Shown here one piece after another: positions 1 to 12,600 of a stretch of 64,000 nt of DNA. The stretch covers positions 106,330,001 through 106,394,000 of the forward strand of contig NC_087438.1 of assembly GCF_036321535.1 (NCBI RefSeq), given 5' to 3'. The position numbers were made by a program, and so were the translations under genes. Below the pieces are notes generated by a model, which had not been told where the DNA came from, made no database searches, and saw only the letters and a list, made by a program, of their open reading frames with translations. The stretch is from Camelus dromedarius (Eukaryota). The number at the start of each line of letters is the position of its first letter. Position 1 is the first letter of the stretch.

Positions 1-233
1 TTAATCGCTAGTCAACCCCTCCCCATTAAGCACAGGGACAGGCGGCGTGGGCTGTTCCCAGCATCTGGGCTGAGAGTTGGGGCACCTGCGTTTTACTGCA
101 GGCACTACCTGACTGTGGTCGCTGGCTTCTCGATTCTGCACAATGGACACAACATACTAGGTCCCTTCTGAAAGCCCAGTATAGAGGAGCCCAGCACTAA
201 CGCCTGCCCCCACCCTCTCTGCTCTCTCCCCAG

Positions 234-932
234 GACCGCCGGGAGAGCCTACCCACCTCCCCGCCCTGGACGCCAGGCACATCCCGGCCCCCCAGCAGCC
301 TGGACGGCTGGGTGAGCCCGGGGCCGTGGGAGCCGGGCCGTGGGAGCAGCATGAGCAGCCCCCCGCCGCTGCCGCCACCGCCACCTCCCATGTCCCCCTC
401 GTGGAGCGAGCGCTCAGTATCCCCGCTGCGACCTGAGGCAGAGGCGCGGCCCCCCAGCCGCCAGCTGCAGGCGCTCCTGGCGCGAAACATCATCAATGCG
501 GCCCGGCGCAAGAGCGCCTCCCCGCGGCCGGCGGGCGCCGAGAGCCTGCGCCCGTTCTCCCCGCCTAGGGCTCCGCCGCCTCCGCCGCCACCGCCGCCAC
601 CGCCGCCACCGCCGCCGCCGCGCATGCGCTCGCCGCAGCCCGCCCGCCCCGGTTCGGCCGCGGTGCCCGGGGCCACATTCGCTCCCATCCCGCGGAGCCC
701 ACTGCCCACCGGGCCCTCGCTCTGCACCAGTCCCCAGAGCCCGCTGCCCGTGCCGCCCAAGCCATTCCCCTACCGCCGCTCGCCCACGGACTCCGACGTG
801 TCCCTTGATTCCGAGGACTCCGGGGCTAAGTCGCCCGGCATCCTCGGCTACAACATCTGTCCCCGCGGGTGGAATGGCAGCCTGAGGCTCAAGCGTGGCA
901 GCCTCCCCACCGAGGCCTCCTGCACCACCTAA
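234..932 (+). CDS. SYNPO: Synaptopodin, last coding exon of the long isoform (232 aa + stop); upstream exons outside window
   Basis: Pyrimidine tract + CAG acceptor at 231-233; phase-0 frame DRRESLPTSPPW...LLARNIINAARRKS...GILGYNICPRGWNGSLRLKRGSLPTEASCTT-TAA(930-932) matches the recalled long-isoform C-terminus. Confidence 0.96.
   Translation, partial: DRRESLPTSPPWTPGTSRPPSSLDGWVSPGPWEPGRGSSMSSPPPLPPPPPPMSPSWSERSVSPLRPEAEARPPSRQLQALLARNIINAARRKSASPRPAGAESLRPFSPPRAPPPPPPPPPPPPPPPPRMRSPQPARPGSAAVPGATFAPIPRSPLPTGPSLCTSPQSPLPVPPKPFPYRRSPTDSDVSLDSEDSGAKSPGILGYNICPRGWNGSLRLKRGSLPTEASCTT
573..620 (+). repeat. (CCG/CCA/CCT)16 coding repeat = 16 prolines
   Basis: Read directly: ccgccgcct (ccgccg cca)x3 ccgccgccgccg, inside a CpG-rich exon. 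Confidence 0.95.
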
Positions 933-3015
933 AGCCGTCCCTGCCCCCACCGCATCCCTGCCTAGGGAGGGCCAGGCGGAAAGAAGAATCAGGACTTGCA
1001 AGATCCCAGCACCGCATCCCCCAGGGGTCTGGCCTCTTTGATAAACCCAGAGATAAGGGGTCAGAGGATGAAAGCTCTGGGCTTGGGGTTAGGGTAGTGA
1101 TCCAAGCTTGAGTTCTAGCCCTTGCTCAAGTCACTTGGGAAAGACCCTTCCTCTACTGCCCCTCAGCTTTCCCATCTGTTTAATGGAGCTTTGGCCAAGG
1201 CAATCTCCAAAGGCCTAAATTCCCCCTTCCATCAATACACGCACATGAATGCCTTGGAAGGGGTAGGGTGTTGTACATATGGACCCCCAGACTTGCTGCA
1301 TTGAAAGATTCTATATCCCTCCCTCCCTGCCCTGCTCCTGTCTCTGGAGTCTGGCAAATGAGGGGTGTGTTCAGAAGATCCTATGCCTAAATTCCCTGTC
1401 CAGGCCCTGGCTTGACCATCCGCCTCCCTGGCACCAAGTCCTAGGCAAGAGCAGCTGTTTTCCATCCCTTCCCAGACAAGCTCTATTTTTACCATGGTGA
1501 CCTTTAGAGAGGGTCTCCCGGGCCAGCTCAAGGTGCCCTGCTGTCCTCTCTGGGGAAAAGAGGCGGGAAGATTCCTCTTCTCAGATCCCTCTCACGCTTT
1601 TCTACACCCCAGCTAAGACTGCCCCGGGCATCTTATCTGCAGCCAGAGAAGAAAGCTGTAAGGCGACGATTTCCCCCTTATCCAGGACTTGGGCCTCCAG
1701 GAATTCTATAGGGTCCTCCAACCCATCTATCTCTTCTGGACCCTTTCATGGCAGGCTTGGCTCAAAGTTTAGCTAGGGAGAGAAGAGTTAATGTGGAGCT
1801 AAATGCTACCCTCTGGCTTTACCCGATGTTCCTGAGTTTGAGGTTGCCCATTTGGAAGCAGGAAGGCAAGAGTTCCTGGTTATGGGAGGTATGCAAGCAG
1901 TGGCCAGGATGCATAGAGGAGATTCTAGTAGGGAATGGATTGGCTCAGATGACCTCTGAGGGCTCTTCCCATCCTGAAATGCAATCCATGGTATTAGGAA
2001 GTGAGGTAGAGTAGTGCTAGAGAACTGGCTGGGCAGACGAGCTTGCGTGGGTGAGCTGGCCTGTGTTTCTGGTTCCTTAGGAAGTAGCCCACTCTTCAGT
2101 TGCAGGCTCCAGCATCCATATCCTGCCCAGATGAGTGGGCACTGTTCTGCCTCATCTGTTTCCCATCTAGCCTAGCCAGTGCCTGGTGCCCAGTGACCTT
2201 GGGGAGGCTGGATGCAGCCCCTGGCCTGTCCCTTAAGCCATAGTGACTCTGACTCCAATCCCCAGGAGGGATGCAGGTAGGCATGTGCCTCAGTCCTACA
2301 GTTCCCAGAGTTGGCTGGTGGTGCCCTCTAGAGGTTCAGAATATCAGCTTCAGGATACTAAGTGTCGGGGTGGGGGTGGGGGACTGGAATTGGCTGACGA
2401 TCAAAGGTTTGTTTATAGGTGAAAGGATACCAGGATGTTGCCAAAGGTGAGGGACAGAGTGTGATTTGAGGTTAGGGGTAGACTTACCCACACACCAGGG
2501 TGATAGCAAACCTGGAACCCCTAAGGGAGGCTAGGGCAAGCTGAGGTCAGGATGGGAGAGACTCAGGGATGGGGTGGGTGGATGTTTTGGAATAAAGGGC
2601 TGATCCCGGAGGATTCCTAGGGCCTTAAGATTGGGAACACAGGCCCTGTTGGTAAGAAGATAAGAGAGTGCTCCAGCTTGGTCAATGATGAGTGATCACA
2701 TTTACTGAAGTCCCCACTTGCTTTAGGGACCCTTGTAGCATGGGAGGCTGGGGCTAACGGCTTCTTTCAGAGAAAAGATACTATCAGGCCACTAGTTGAA
2801 ACAGTGGCATAGAAAATCCACTTATACCTGCATTTTCCCCAAAAAGCCAACAGGAGGCAGCCTTGGGAAGCTGAAGTTCTATCTGGCTGTTCTCCATCAC
2901 TGCCTTTCTCCTCCAGTCCTTTCCTCTAATCCACTAGAGACTGCCTGTGCCCTGCCTCTTGCCTCCTGTAGAATTCAGCTCTGGCCTTTAATAAATGCTT
3001 CCTGCGTCCTTCTGC
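933..3015 (+). other. SYNPO: SYNPO 3' UTR; AATAAA at 2591-2596 and 2990-2995
   Basis: Hexamers read directly; the distal one is followed by a U/GU-rich stretch. Cleavage site is inferred. Confidence 0.7.
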
Positions 3016-3829
3016 CTCCCGTGTCATTTTCAGCTATGTCTAAAGCCCTGCCCCTTTCCCCAACCATGGAAGAGTCCATGGGACGCTGGGTGGCTGGGAG
3101 CTTGGGAAGTAGCAATCATGAGGAGAGATGGGGAACAACGAAAACACCCGGGCCATAGAAGTCCCTGGGTTGAAGTTCTGGTCCGGTCATCTACTAGCTG
3201 GGTGACCCTGGGTAAACCCACTCCTCCGGGCCTCAGCTTTCCTATCTGTGTAATGAATGAGCTGGGCGGCATGATGTCTCTAGGTGGTATTTCCCAGGCC
3301 TTGACCCCAGGGCACTGTCCCTGAAGTGGCCAGGTCCAAGCTGCATCAGGGCCCAGTGCTCTGGGGCTGCTTCCTGACGGCAGGTGGGGGTTTCAGGCAG
3401 GAAAAGGAGCCCCTGTGGGAGGTAATGTCAGAGTCCAGGCAACTCTGATGAGCTCAGAACCCAGACCATCAGGAGTGGCCTCTTCCTGATGGGGGTGTCC
3501 TTTGCCCAGAGAAGGGGATTGTGGCCCCACTCCCCATGAGGGCAAGGCTGTCCCGGGGACATCCCTCACCTTCCCCTCTGAAAGCTCAGGCCCAGCAGAG
3601 GCTGGGCAAAGGACTTTGAGGAAGCTGAGTTCAGGTGGTCCACAACAGAGTCCAGGCTTCTTAAGATGATGTCAGAAATACGCCCTTGCATGGTCTGTCT
3701 GGCACACAGGTACAGCCGCCGCCCTGGACCCAACACGTCCCTGCTGGTCCCACCCTTACCCGGGAGTGGTTAGTATACCTCTGACCCAATCTTTATCTTC
3801 AGCAGACATCTCTCCTGAGTACAGTATCC

Positions 3830-4700
3830 TCCTACCTACTGGTGATGCTGGTGCCCAGGCACCTCAAACCAAGTTCATCCCGCACTGAACTCAGCATCTG
3901 CCCCCACCCTAGTATGCCTCCCCAAACCACCACTGTTATTTTCCTTTGTCATCCAAGCCAGAAATGGGAGTGGCCCTTTCCTCACCTCCCACATCCTGTC
4001 TCTCCCCCAAATACCTCTCGAGCCTCTCCTCCTCCACATGCCCTCTGTCACTGCCCCAGTCCAGCCACCCCATCTCTCACCTGACCACAGTGACATCCTC
4101 TTGCCTGCCGTCTAGCTCCCGCCAACCCACTTTCCACAGGGCAGCCAGAGATATCTTTGGAAAATGCCAGCCTGACTGCTCCATTTCGACGCTTTAAACT
4201 CCAACAGCCCTTTTTAAAATACACTTTACTTTTGAAAAGCCTGCTGTGATCTGGCCCCTGTCCACCTGTCTGGCCTCATCTCTCAGCACCACCCCAGCCC
4301 CCAGTTCTAGCTCTACTCGCTGACCCCTAACATCCTTACACGGGACTTGGCCTTGGCCTGCGATACCCATGCCCCATGAACTCCCACTCAGTCTTCAAGG
4401 CCCAGCTCAAATGTCTCTTCCTCTAGGAGGCCTTCCCCACCCCCAGGGCTGAGCAGGTGGCTCCCTCCCCTGCGCCCTCCCAGAGCATTTCCCATGATGC
4501 GTCGCAAAGGCTGTTTACGGGTCTGACATGGGCCTGGCGGAGCTCCTTGAGGACAGAGCCCTGCCTTATTTATTTTCAGTCCACAGAGAGAGGCTCAGAG
4601 AATGTGAGAAGGTGGAAGGAGGGAGGGAAGAAGGAAGGAAGGAGGGAGGAAGCAGAAGGAAGGAATGAAGGCAGGAAAGAAGAAAGGAAAGGAGGAATGA
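3830..4700 (+). mobile_element. L2 LINE 3' fragment ending in a (GGAA)n-rich tail (~4613-4700)
   Basis: L2-like text (tcaaggcccagctcaaatgtc...gagctccttgaggacagagcc) then a purine-rich simple repeat; an opposite-strand L2 tail (cattcattcattcaaca) follows at ~4740. Confidence 0.65.
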
Positions 4701-4836
4701 ACAAGACAAGCAAAGATATTGGAGGACAATTCATTCTTCATCCATCCACTCATCCATTCATTCATTCAACAACTATCTGTTGAGCTCCTAGCAGGAACAG
4801 CCCTGCTTGGGGCCCTAAGGACACAACTAGCAAGCT

Positions 4837-5208
4837 CAGGTGACCGGTGACCTCCTCTCAGCATTTCCAGGTGACTTTGGTGTGTGCCTGTATACGTGTG
4901 CTATACATATGTGTGCAAAGCCTTCTGTCTGCAAGGGCTTGCTGCCGGGGCACCTGTCTTCCCTGGGGCCTGGTGCTTTTAGCATCTGTCCCTGGATCCT
5001 GTTGCAGCCAGAAATAAGGCTGTAAGCCACGACAAGGCAGGGACGATTCTCGTCAGCTGAGGCCAGAGCTGGCTGCAAGGCACACCCTGCTTGTTGACCG
5101 CCGACGGCCTGCACCGACACCGACCACTCAAACTCTCAGCTTCCCAACAGAGGTGTTAATCTTGAGGGTCTGACACTCCCTCTTGCCCACTGTGGTTCCA
5201 TCTGTCAG
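4837..5208 (+). promoter_or_regulatory. MYOZ3: Candidate MYOZ3 muscle promoter / non-coding first exon (E-box cluster)
   Basis: Seven CANNTG at 4837, 4868, 4906, 4951, 4983, 5054, 5199; possible donor CAG|GTACTC at 5208/5209; 1.4-1.8 kb upstream of the ATG exon. Confidence 0.5.
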
Positions 5209-6616
5209 GTACTCCTAGGGGAACTCGAGGGGCTGTGGGGAGTGGGCAGAGGAGATGAGCCAATTTCCAGAGCAGAGGAAGAGCTGCATAGGGACGTCCA
5301 GGGAGTGTGGGGCCTAATGGAAGCCTGGATCCTCAGTGGGGAGGGGAGGGATTCTAAGCTCTGGGTTACAATGGGTTCAATGGGGAGGGGGTGGCTAGGA
5401 TTCAAGACTGGGGGCAGGAAATGGCTCTGCTCAGGACTCCAAGATCTTTAGGCAGTAGACAGGGCACCTGTCTGTAAAATGAGGGATCCTTCCCAATGTC
5501 TGTGAATTTCTGTAAGAAGAGTATTTGTTAAGAAACAGATCCAGGGGCCATGAGTGCTAAGTTGTCACAGCTGGAGCACTCTCGACCATCTCATGCTCTC
5601 ACCCTCACCCCAAGTGCATGCCAGCGTGCTCATGTTTGCATGCAATTTTAGGGGGTCTGTGGATGTCCTAAAGCCCACCTATGGATCCCCACGATCTAGC
5701 CTAACCTCTTCATGTGACAGAGGGGACACGGAGACACAGAGTTGGAGACCTACTTGCTCCCAGTGACAGAGGGAGTCAGGCATATCGGTCGGACTGCAGG
5801 TTATCCAGCTCAGCGCCCATCGACCTGGGTCCCAGGGTGGGTGTGGGGGGTACAGATGGAGACAGATTGTTTTTCTAAAAGAAGGCGTGTAGAAAAACCT
5901 AGAAGCAAAGCAGAGGGGCACAGGAGTGCATAGGCAGCCAGGAGGGCAAGGGGGCAAGTTAGGGAATGTGGACTCGGGGCCTGCAGGGCTTCTCTGGGAC
6001 TTTGGATCTCATTTGATTTGTAATCTCCTCCAAGATTCCGAGACATGCCATGAGATGCTAACGGGAGAATGGGGGAGGAGGGAGAGAAGGGGCGAAGGCA
6101 GAAAAGAGCACGATGTAAGTTAGCTGAAGGATGTGGGAGAGGGGATGGGCGCGATGGTTCTCTCAGCTTCCTTGGACCAGCCTGTGCCCTCAAGCCTCAG
6201 AGGACATGAGTCTGGGAACATGAGGGGAGGACCAGCCTTGCAGACCAGCCTAATCACCCAAGACCCCTCTACCCTCTGTCTTAAACCTCCAGCTTCTTTC
6301 AGCCTCTGATTAGAGCTTATCTAAGTCAGTGGATGACAACAGTCTGAGACCCCCGCCTCCCCTAACCCTAATGTCCCAGAAGCTAGCTCAGTGAGTGAGT
6401 GCTACCCTAGCAACATGGAAGCAGATCTGTGTGACCCTGCATCTCCCTCACCCTCCCTGGACCTCAGCTTCCTCTCTCCAAATCAGACAGCCCTTGCCTG
6501 AGACTTTAGGGTGGGCCAAAGCTATTCAGGACTGGGGCTGGGTGGACCAGGGACTGGGAGGTCTTGGGAGGAATGGAGGCAGCCTGGCCCATTTTGGAGA
6601 GTCTCTCCTCCACAGG

Positions 6617-6677
6617 ATGATCCCCAAGGAGCAGAACGGACAAGTGATGACTGCCATGGGGGACCTCACTGGACCAG
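6617..6677 (+). CDS. MYOZ3: MYOZ3 coding exon 1 (acceptor AG 6614-6615, ATG is the 2nd base of the exon)
   Basis: [20 protein letters not shown] + G, donor GTAAGG. Confidence 0.95.
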
Positions 6678-9600
6678 GTAAGGGTGACCCAGCCTTTGTG
6701 TGTTCCTCAGAGCCCATCCTTTCTTGGTCCCAGAACACAGCCGCTCAGGCTTGCTGGCCTCGGGCCTGGGCAAACAGATTTGAGCTCTAGGCCAGCCCTG
6801 AGGGAGTGTCTGTGGAATCCGCCGCCTGGCCTGGGAAGCTTCCCGAAGCACTGGGAGGGGCCTTCCCCTGATGTCTGCACATCCAAGAGCTGAGTTTGAG
6901 TGCCCTAGACTGGGCCCTGGCCCCAGCAAAGTTCTTACCTCAACCCCAGATCGAGTCCAAGCTCCCCACACACTTGCCCTTGTTTGTTGTAACTGGGGGT
7001 CTCACTGAACCCCCATGGCAAGAGACAAGGGGTCAGGGGCCAGTACGGCAGAGCAGCAAGGACAGGCTTCCCAATCTGACTCAAACCATCTCACTTAAAA
7101 GCCGATTCATCCAATGGATAAATCATCTAAAACACATTTTTATCAACTTTATAAGACCTCTTCCGGAACTCTTGGTGTAATTTTGGAGTCTGTTTATTTG
7201 GCCTACTTTAGAGCATTTCAAGTATTTTAAAAAACAAATTCAACTAAGTCAGGGCTCTCAGACTTTAGTGTGAGCTGTAGCAGCATGGCATCGTTGGTTA
7301 AAAAGGCAGGTTCCCAGCATCCACCCCCAGGGATTCTGATCCAGGGGACCTGGGGAGGGGGCCATGTATTAGCCTTTTAGATTATTACCCAGGTAATTCC
7401 AATGCAGGCGGGCAGTAAACCAAGCTCTGAAAAACCCGCGTCTAAGGGCAGTGCTGCAGCTTTGCCTCCTTCATAGCTCTAAGAAGGCCTTAATGTCGTA
7501 GGACTTTATCTGTGAGTTGTACTTGAAAGCTGTTGTGTATGTTCTTGCCTCCCTTTGTTGTTGGTGTTCTTTCTCTTCTTTTTCATTTCACGATTTTTTT
7601 CATTTCATGATTTTCATTTCCTGTGTGTTGAAATATGCAGGCTTTGGGAGCTACTGATGCTCTAACTAGAAGAATCAGGCAATGCATTTTCTTTTCTCTT
7701 GTCTAAGTAATTAATTAGTTACAGACCCCCCAGATATTGACACACGTCATTTACGCCAGACTAGAAATATATGAATTGTTGACTACTGCTCGGGTATTAA
7801 TTAAGGACAATTTTGAAACTAAAGAAAAGTAGAAAAGAAAAAAATCTCATGATCTCACCACCAAAAGCTAGCCGTTGTAGAAGAACAATAATAAAACACT
7901 AACCGTGACTGAGTGCTAACCACGTCTCAGATACTGTGCTAAGAGCATTTGCACTTTATGTTATCTAACCTCACAAAGACTCTGTAAGTTAAATATGATT
8001 ATCTCCGTTTTGCAGACAAGAAAACTGAGGCTCAGAGAAGCTAGGAAGTCACATATTTAGTAGCTGGTAGAGCTGAGATCTGACCCCAGATCTTTTTGTC
8101 TCCCAAAACTGCTACTTTACCACATACTTATATAAATAAAACATTTATTTTATGAAATATTCAGACAAAACAGACATGAATGACTTTGAACGTGAAAGTT
8201 CCTCACAACGGAACCATCTGGAGATAACCATTGTTAACAGATTTGTGTAAATTCCTCTTCTGTTCATATATAAACATATTTATATAAAAGCATATACATG
8301 TGGGCTAAATACCATACACTGTGTTCTTCATTGTAATTTTTTTTCACTTAGCAGCGCACCACAGACTTCTTTCCACCCTAGTACGACTTATCTCACCATC
8401 TTCCCTCCCCTGGCTCCCCCAGAATATAATATGTTATATACATTTATACACACACCCCCTCCCAAGGGTGGTCACGATGAAGGCTCACCCCAGGTTGGGA
8501 CCCTGAGGAGTAGAGCCTGAGGATTCCTGGACAGGTGACTTATTGAGGTCTCGCTCCCAGGAGAAGGGAAGTGACAGAAGCAGGATTGGGCAGAGATAAT
8601 TGCTCAGTAAGGATGTGAGCCCCAGAGCATGAACTGATTGCCCCACAGAATTCATCCCATCTTCCACAAGGGGGCCGTGGCAGCCTCTACTCACCGGGGC
8701 AGTTCTCTGCAGAAGGTGGCCGTTGTGAGCTGTTAGTCACTGATAAAGAGTGTCTGGGCAGCATCCACCACAAGGCTGAGCCCCGGTTTTCACAAGTTGA
8801 AACCTCACTGCAGTAAACATCCTTGTACGTCCATCTTCAGACATGTTTATTCAACTTTTCTCCCCAAGAGTGAATGCCTAGAAATTGAATTGCTTAGTCA
8901 AATAGCTTTTTATTGATAGTTTTAAAAAATATGTGTGTGTATATATATATATATATACTGAGCTCAGTTCATCTGACTAGTATTTGAGAATATGTTGCCA
9001 GCAGACTTCTATTATGTATTTAGGTATAAATAGTCTTTCACATTTTTAAGTATGCAGTACATTTTCTTGTGAAAAGACAAAAACAGTGCAAACAATTTGC
9101 AGCCCTCCTCCTTCTTATGTCCCATGAGCGGGCACTGCTAATATCTGGCATGTCTCCCTGCAGATCTTTCAATGTATGCATAAACATATACCCATCTTTT
9201 AAAATACATGGGTGGGATCTTAGAATGCAGATTCTTCTGAAGTTTACTTTTCCCCCCTCTTAATCTACAGTGGGTTTCTTTCTCTTCCTCTTGTAGAAGG
9301 TGCTCTCTCTGTATTTGCTGAAAGAAAACACGAGCCTCCTTTTTTTTTTTTTTTTTTTTAAGGCTGTTTAGGATTCCATTGAAAGGAATGGAGTCACAGC
9401 ACCTGAACGGCCCTCAGTGCTGCTGGTAACCACATCCATCTCCCTGACCCATTCACTCGCCCCTACTGTTCTCTGAGACAGTTTGAGCAACCTTTCTTCT
9501 CAAACCTCCAGTACCTCCCCCACCTTCAGTCTCAGCTAATGACCTTGCTTCTTATCTCACTGAGGAAAGTAAAGTGTCTAAAAGAGAACTTCTGCAGCTC

Positions 9601-12600
9601 CCTCCACCACATCTGTCCACGTGTTTGCATCTATGTCCCTGTTCTCAGTTTTCCTTCCTGATGTGATCGGTGCACTCTCCCGGCACCTGTCAGAAGCTAA
9701 CCCCTCCAGTTGGGCAGCGGACCCCCTCTCTCCTCTCTCTCTTGCTCAAGGACATCCCTTCAGTAATCCTCCCCTCTCTCTGTTGCACTGTCAGATTTTC
9801 TCATCCGCTAACACACATGCTATTGTTTCTCCCTCTTTAAAAATAAACAAACCCCTCTTGCTCCCACAACTGCCTCCAGCCACGCTCCTTCAGAGCACAG
9901 CTCCTCAAAACAGCTCTTTACCTTCTTCCTCTCCTTTTCTCCTTTTAACATTAAGCAACTTCCACACACACACAGAAGTAGAGATTTCAAATCCCCACGG
10001 CCCCCCTTTTTTCCCTGGAGTCCAGAGCAAATCCCAAAGAGCATGTCATTTCATGTCTCAAATATTTCACAATGCATCAAAAAGTAACAAAAAGGACACT
10101 CCCTTACAGGCCACAAAGATATTAGCACAATGAACAAAGTTAGCAATATTGATTTAATACTATCTAATAACCAGTCCCTTAGTCAACTTTCTCCGATTTT
10201 CTAGTTTGTTAATGAGGATCCACGAACAATAAGAGCCACTTTTTAATTGACGTAACAATGGCTGATAACATAATAGTTTCATATATAAAACATATGTTTC
10301 TATTTCCCCATTCACCACAGCGTGCTTGCCACCAAAAGGCTGGTTTCTGCCCATCACCACACAGTTGATCCCTTTACCCACTTACCCGTCCCCTGCACCC
10401 CTACTCCCTTCTAGTAACCACTCCTCTGTTCTCTGCAAATACGTTTGTTTTTGTTTGCTTTGTTCATTTATTTTTTGATTATTTGTTTGTTTGTTTTTAT
10501 ATTCCACATGTGAGCAAAATCATATGGTACTTGTCTTTCTCTGTCTGACTTCACTTAGTTTAATACCCTCAAGAGCCATTGTTTTTCTTTGTCTCTTAAA
10601 TCTCGCCTTAATTCTAAAATACTTACCCCCACCCATTTTTCCATTTCATTTACTCCTTTGAAGAAACCAAGACAGCTGCCCTACAGAATGTCCTGCATCC
10701 TAGATTTGGCTCATTGCTTCCTCGTGCTGTGGTTAAGCTGTTCCTCTGTCCCTTTTCTCTTGAACCCTTTCCAATAAGGCTTTCACAGCCAAATACCTCA
10801 CAGGAACTGCTTTTGTGGAGATAACCAATAATAACACCATGTTACTAAATATAATGGCCAATTCTCAGCTCTCATCTTACTTGATGTATCAGCAACCTTT
10901 GAATCCGCTGATGAGTCCAACTCCCCTGAAGTGCTTTCATCGCTTGGTTCTAGGACACCACACTCCTGAGATTTCCTCCTACCTGGCTGGGTGCTTCTTC
11001 CCAGGCTCCAGGGCTGATACCTCGTTTCCTCGGTCTACACGTTGGAGGCCCCTGGGCTCAATCGTTCAATCTCTTTATCCATCCTCATTTCCTTGGTGAT
11101 CTCACCCAGCCTCCAGGCTCAAAATACCATTTATAGAGCTGGAATATGAACCTATGTGTATGTGATCGTAGAGATGACAACTCTGGCCGTGCTGCCCGGA
11201 GGTGCCCCCTCCTACCAACACCCACACCATTTGTCATTCCTTTCTTCCAAAAGGCTTCCCGTTTTGAGCCAACAGAAAAGGATGCATTTTGCTGGTGGGG
11301 AAAGCACAAAGGATGGGCCCCCAAGCTACCGAGGACAGTCATCATTCCTGGAAACCCTCTACATGGCTATAATGACTGGTCCTAACTACAAGAAAAGTAA
11401 TAAATGTAACCGTCTTCATTAAAAAACAACAGCAAATGCCATTTGTCCTCTTGAGATGCCTCAATGTCTATGTCCAGGTCAGTCTTCTCCCGTGAACACT
11501 AGACTCACAGCTCCCTCTTTGGCACCTCCACTTGGATGCCTGTAAGGCTCTTCAAACCTTATGCCCAGTTTTGGAGACAATTAGGGGAGTTTGAATGTAG
11601 ACTAGGCATTATATAAAACAAATCCATTCACTTGGAAAGGTAGACATCTTTAGATGATAAAAGCAAGTGACAAAGTATCTATGCTATGATTCCATTTTGG
11701 TTAAAAACTCACATATGAATATATAGTCACTGGAAAAGATATGAAAGGCTAAATAAACACTGAGGTGTTCACAGGTGTTCTACTGGGTGGTAGAAAATGG
11801 CATTTTCTTTTTCTCATACATCTATATTTTCTAACTTTCTTCAATATGATGTTTTTATAATAATAAAAGGCTATTTCAAAATGAAAAGAAAAAGTGTCTA
11901 GGACTTCATGCCTGGTTTTTCCCCACTCCTACTCCTCCAGCCTTCCCATGTCAGGGAGCAGCTGCTCCATCCTCCTCGTGGCTCGGGCCAGAAGCCCTGC
12001 TGTCACCCTCCATTCCCATGGCCTGCCTTTAAAAGATATCTACAACCTGAACATATCTCACTAGTTTCACCCCTGCGGGCAAAGAGCTGCATGGGAAGTG
12101 CCTGGAATCAATACAACTGGCCAAAGAATATCTGAAATGATGCTCAATTTCACTGAGCATCAAATACGTGCAAATTAAACTTGGGGATGTCATTTCTGCC
12201 CATTGAGTAGACAAAGATTCCACCCCATGTCGGCAAGTATGGGGAGAAATCGGCATTCTCATACAGAACGGGTGGAGCTGTGAGGAGGTCCTCTTAAGAG
12301 GCAGCAGCCCGAGCTCGCTGAGGGTTTGGTAGTTAAGAGCTCACTCTGGCCTCTCCTGGCAGTCCCGGTGCTGGACCTGGGCAAGAAGCTGAGCGTGCCC
12401 CAGGACCTGATGATGGAGGAGCTATCACTGCGTAACAACCGAGGATCCCTCCTCTTCCAGAAGAGACAGCGCCGTGTGCAGAAATTCACCTTTGAGTTTA
12501 CAGCCAGCCAGCGGGCGGTGAGTAAGCCCACATTGTGCTCACAGGCAACTGAGGCCCAGAGAGGGCCCCTCGTTAGCCTAGAGCTAAACAGCCAGGTGAG

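Noticed and set aside
197-1001. Long antisense and alternative-frame ORFs over the SYNPO exon (poly-Gly 187 aa, 195 aa, Arg-rich 129 aa)
   Set aside because: These are stop-poor shadows of a very GC-rich CCG-repeat exon, with no independent splice or Kozak support.
3428-3492. Two adjacent hairpins (7-bp and 9-bp stems) with CTGATGA...GAA, resembling a hammerhead ribozyme past the SYNPO poly(A) site
   Set aside because: There is no stem II closing pair before GAA, it reads GAAC rather than GAAA, and the stems do not fit hammerhead topology. Stems this short are expected by chance in 64 kb.
12138-12162. 9-bp hairpin TGATGCTCA-7-TGAGCATCA upstream of a MYOZ3 exon
   Set aside because: Chance-level frequency, and it lies in an L1-like relic.
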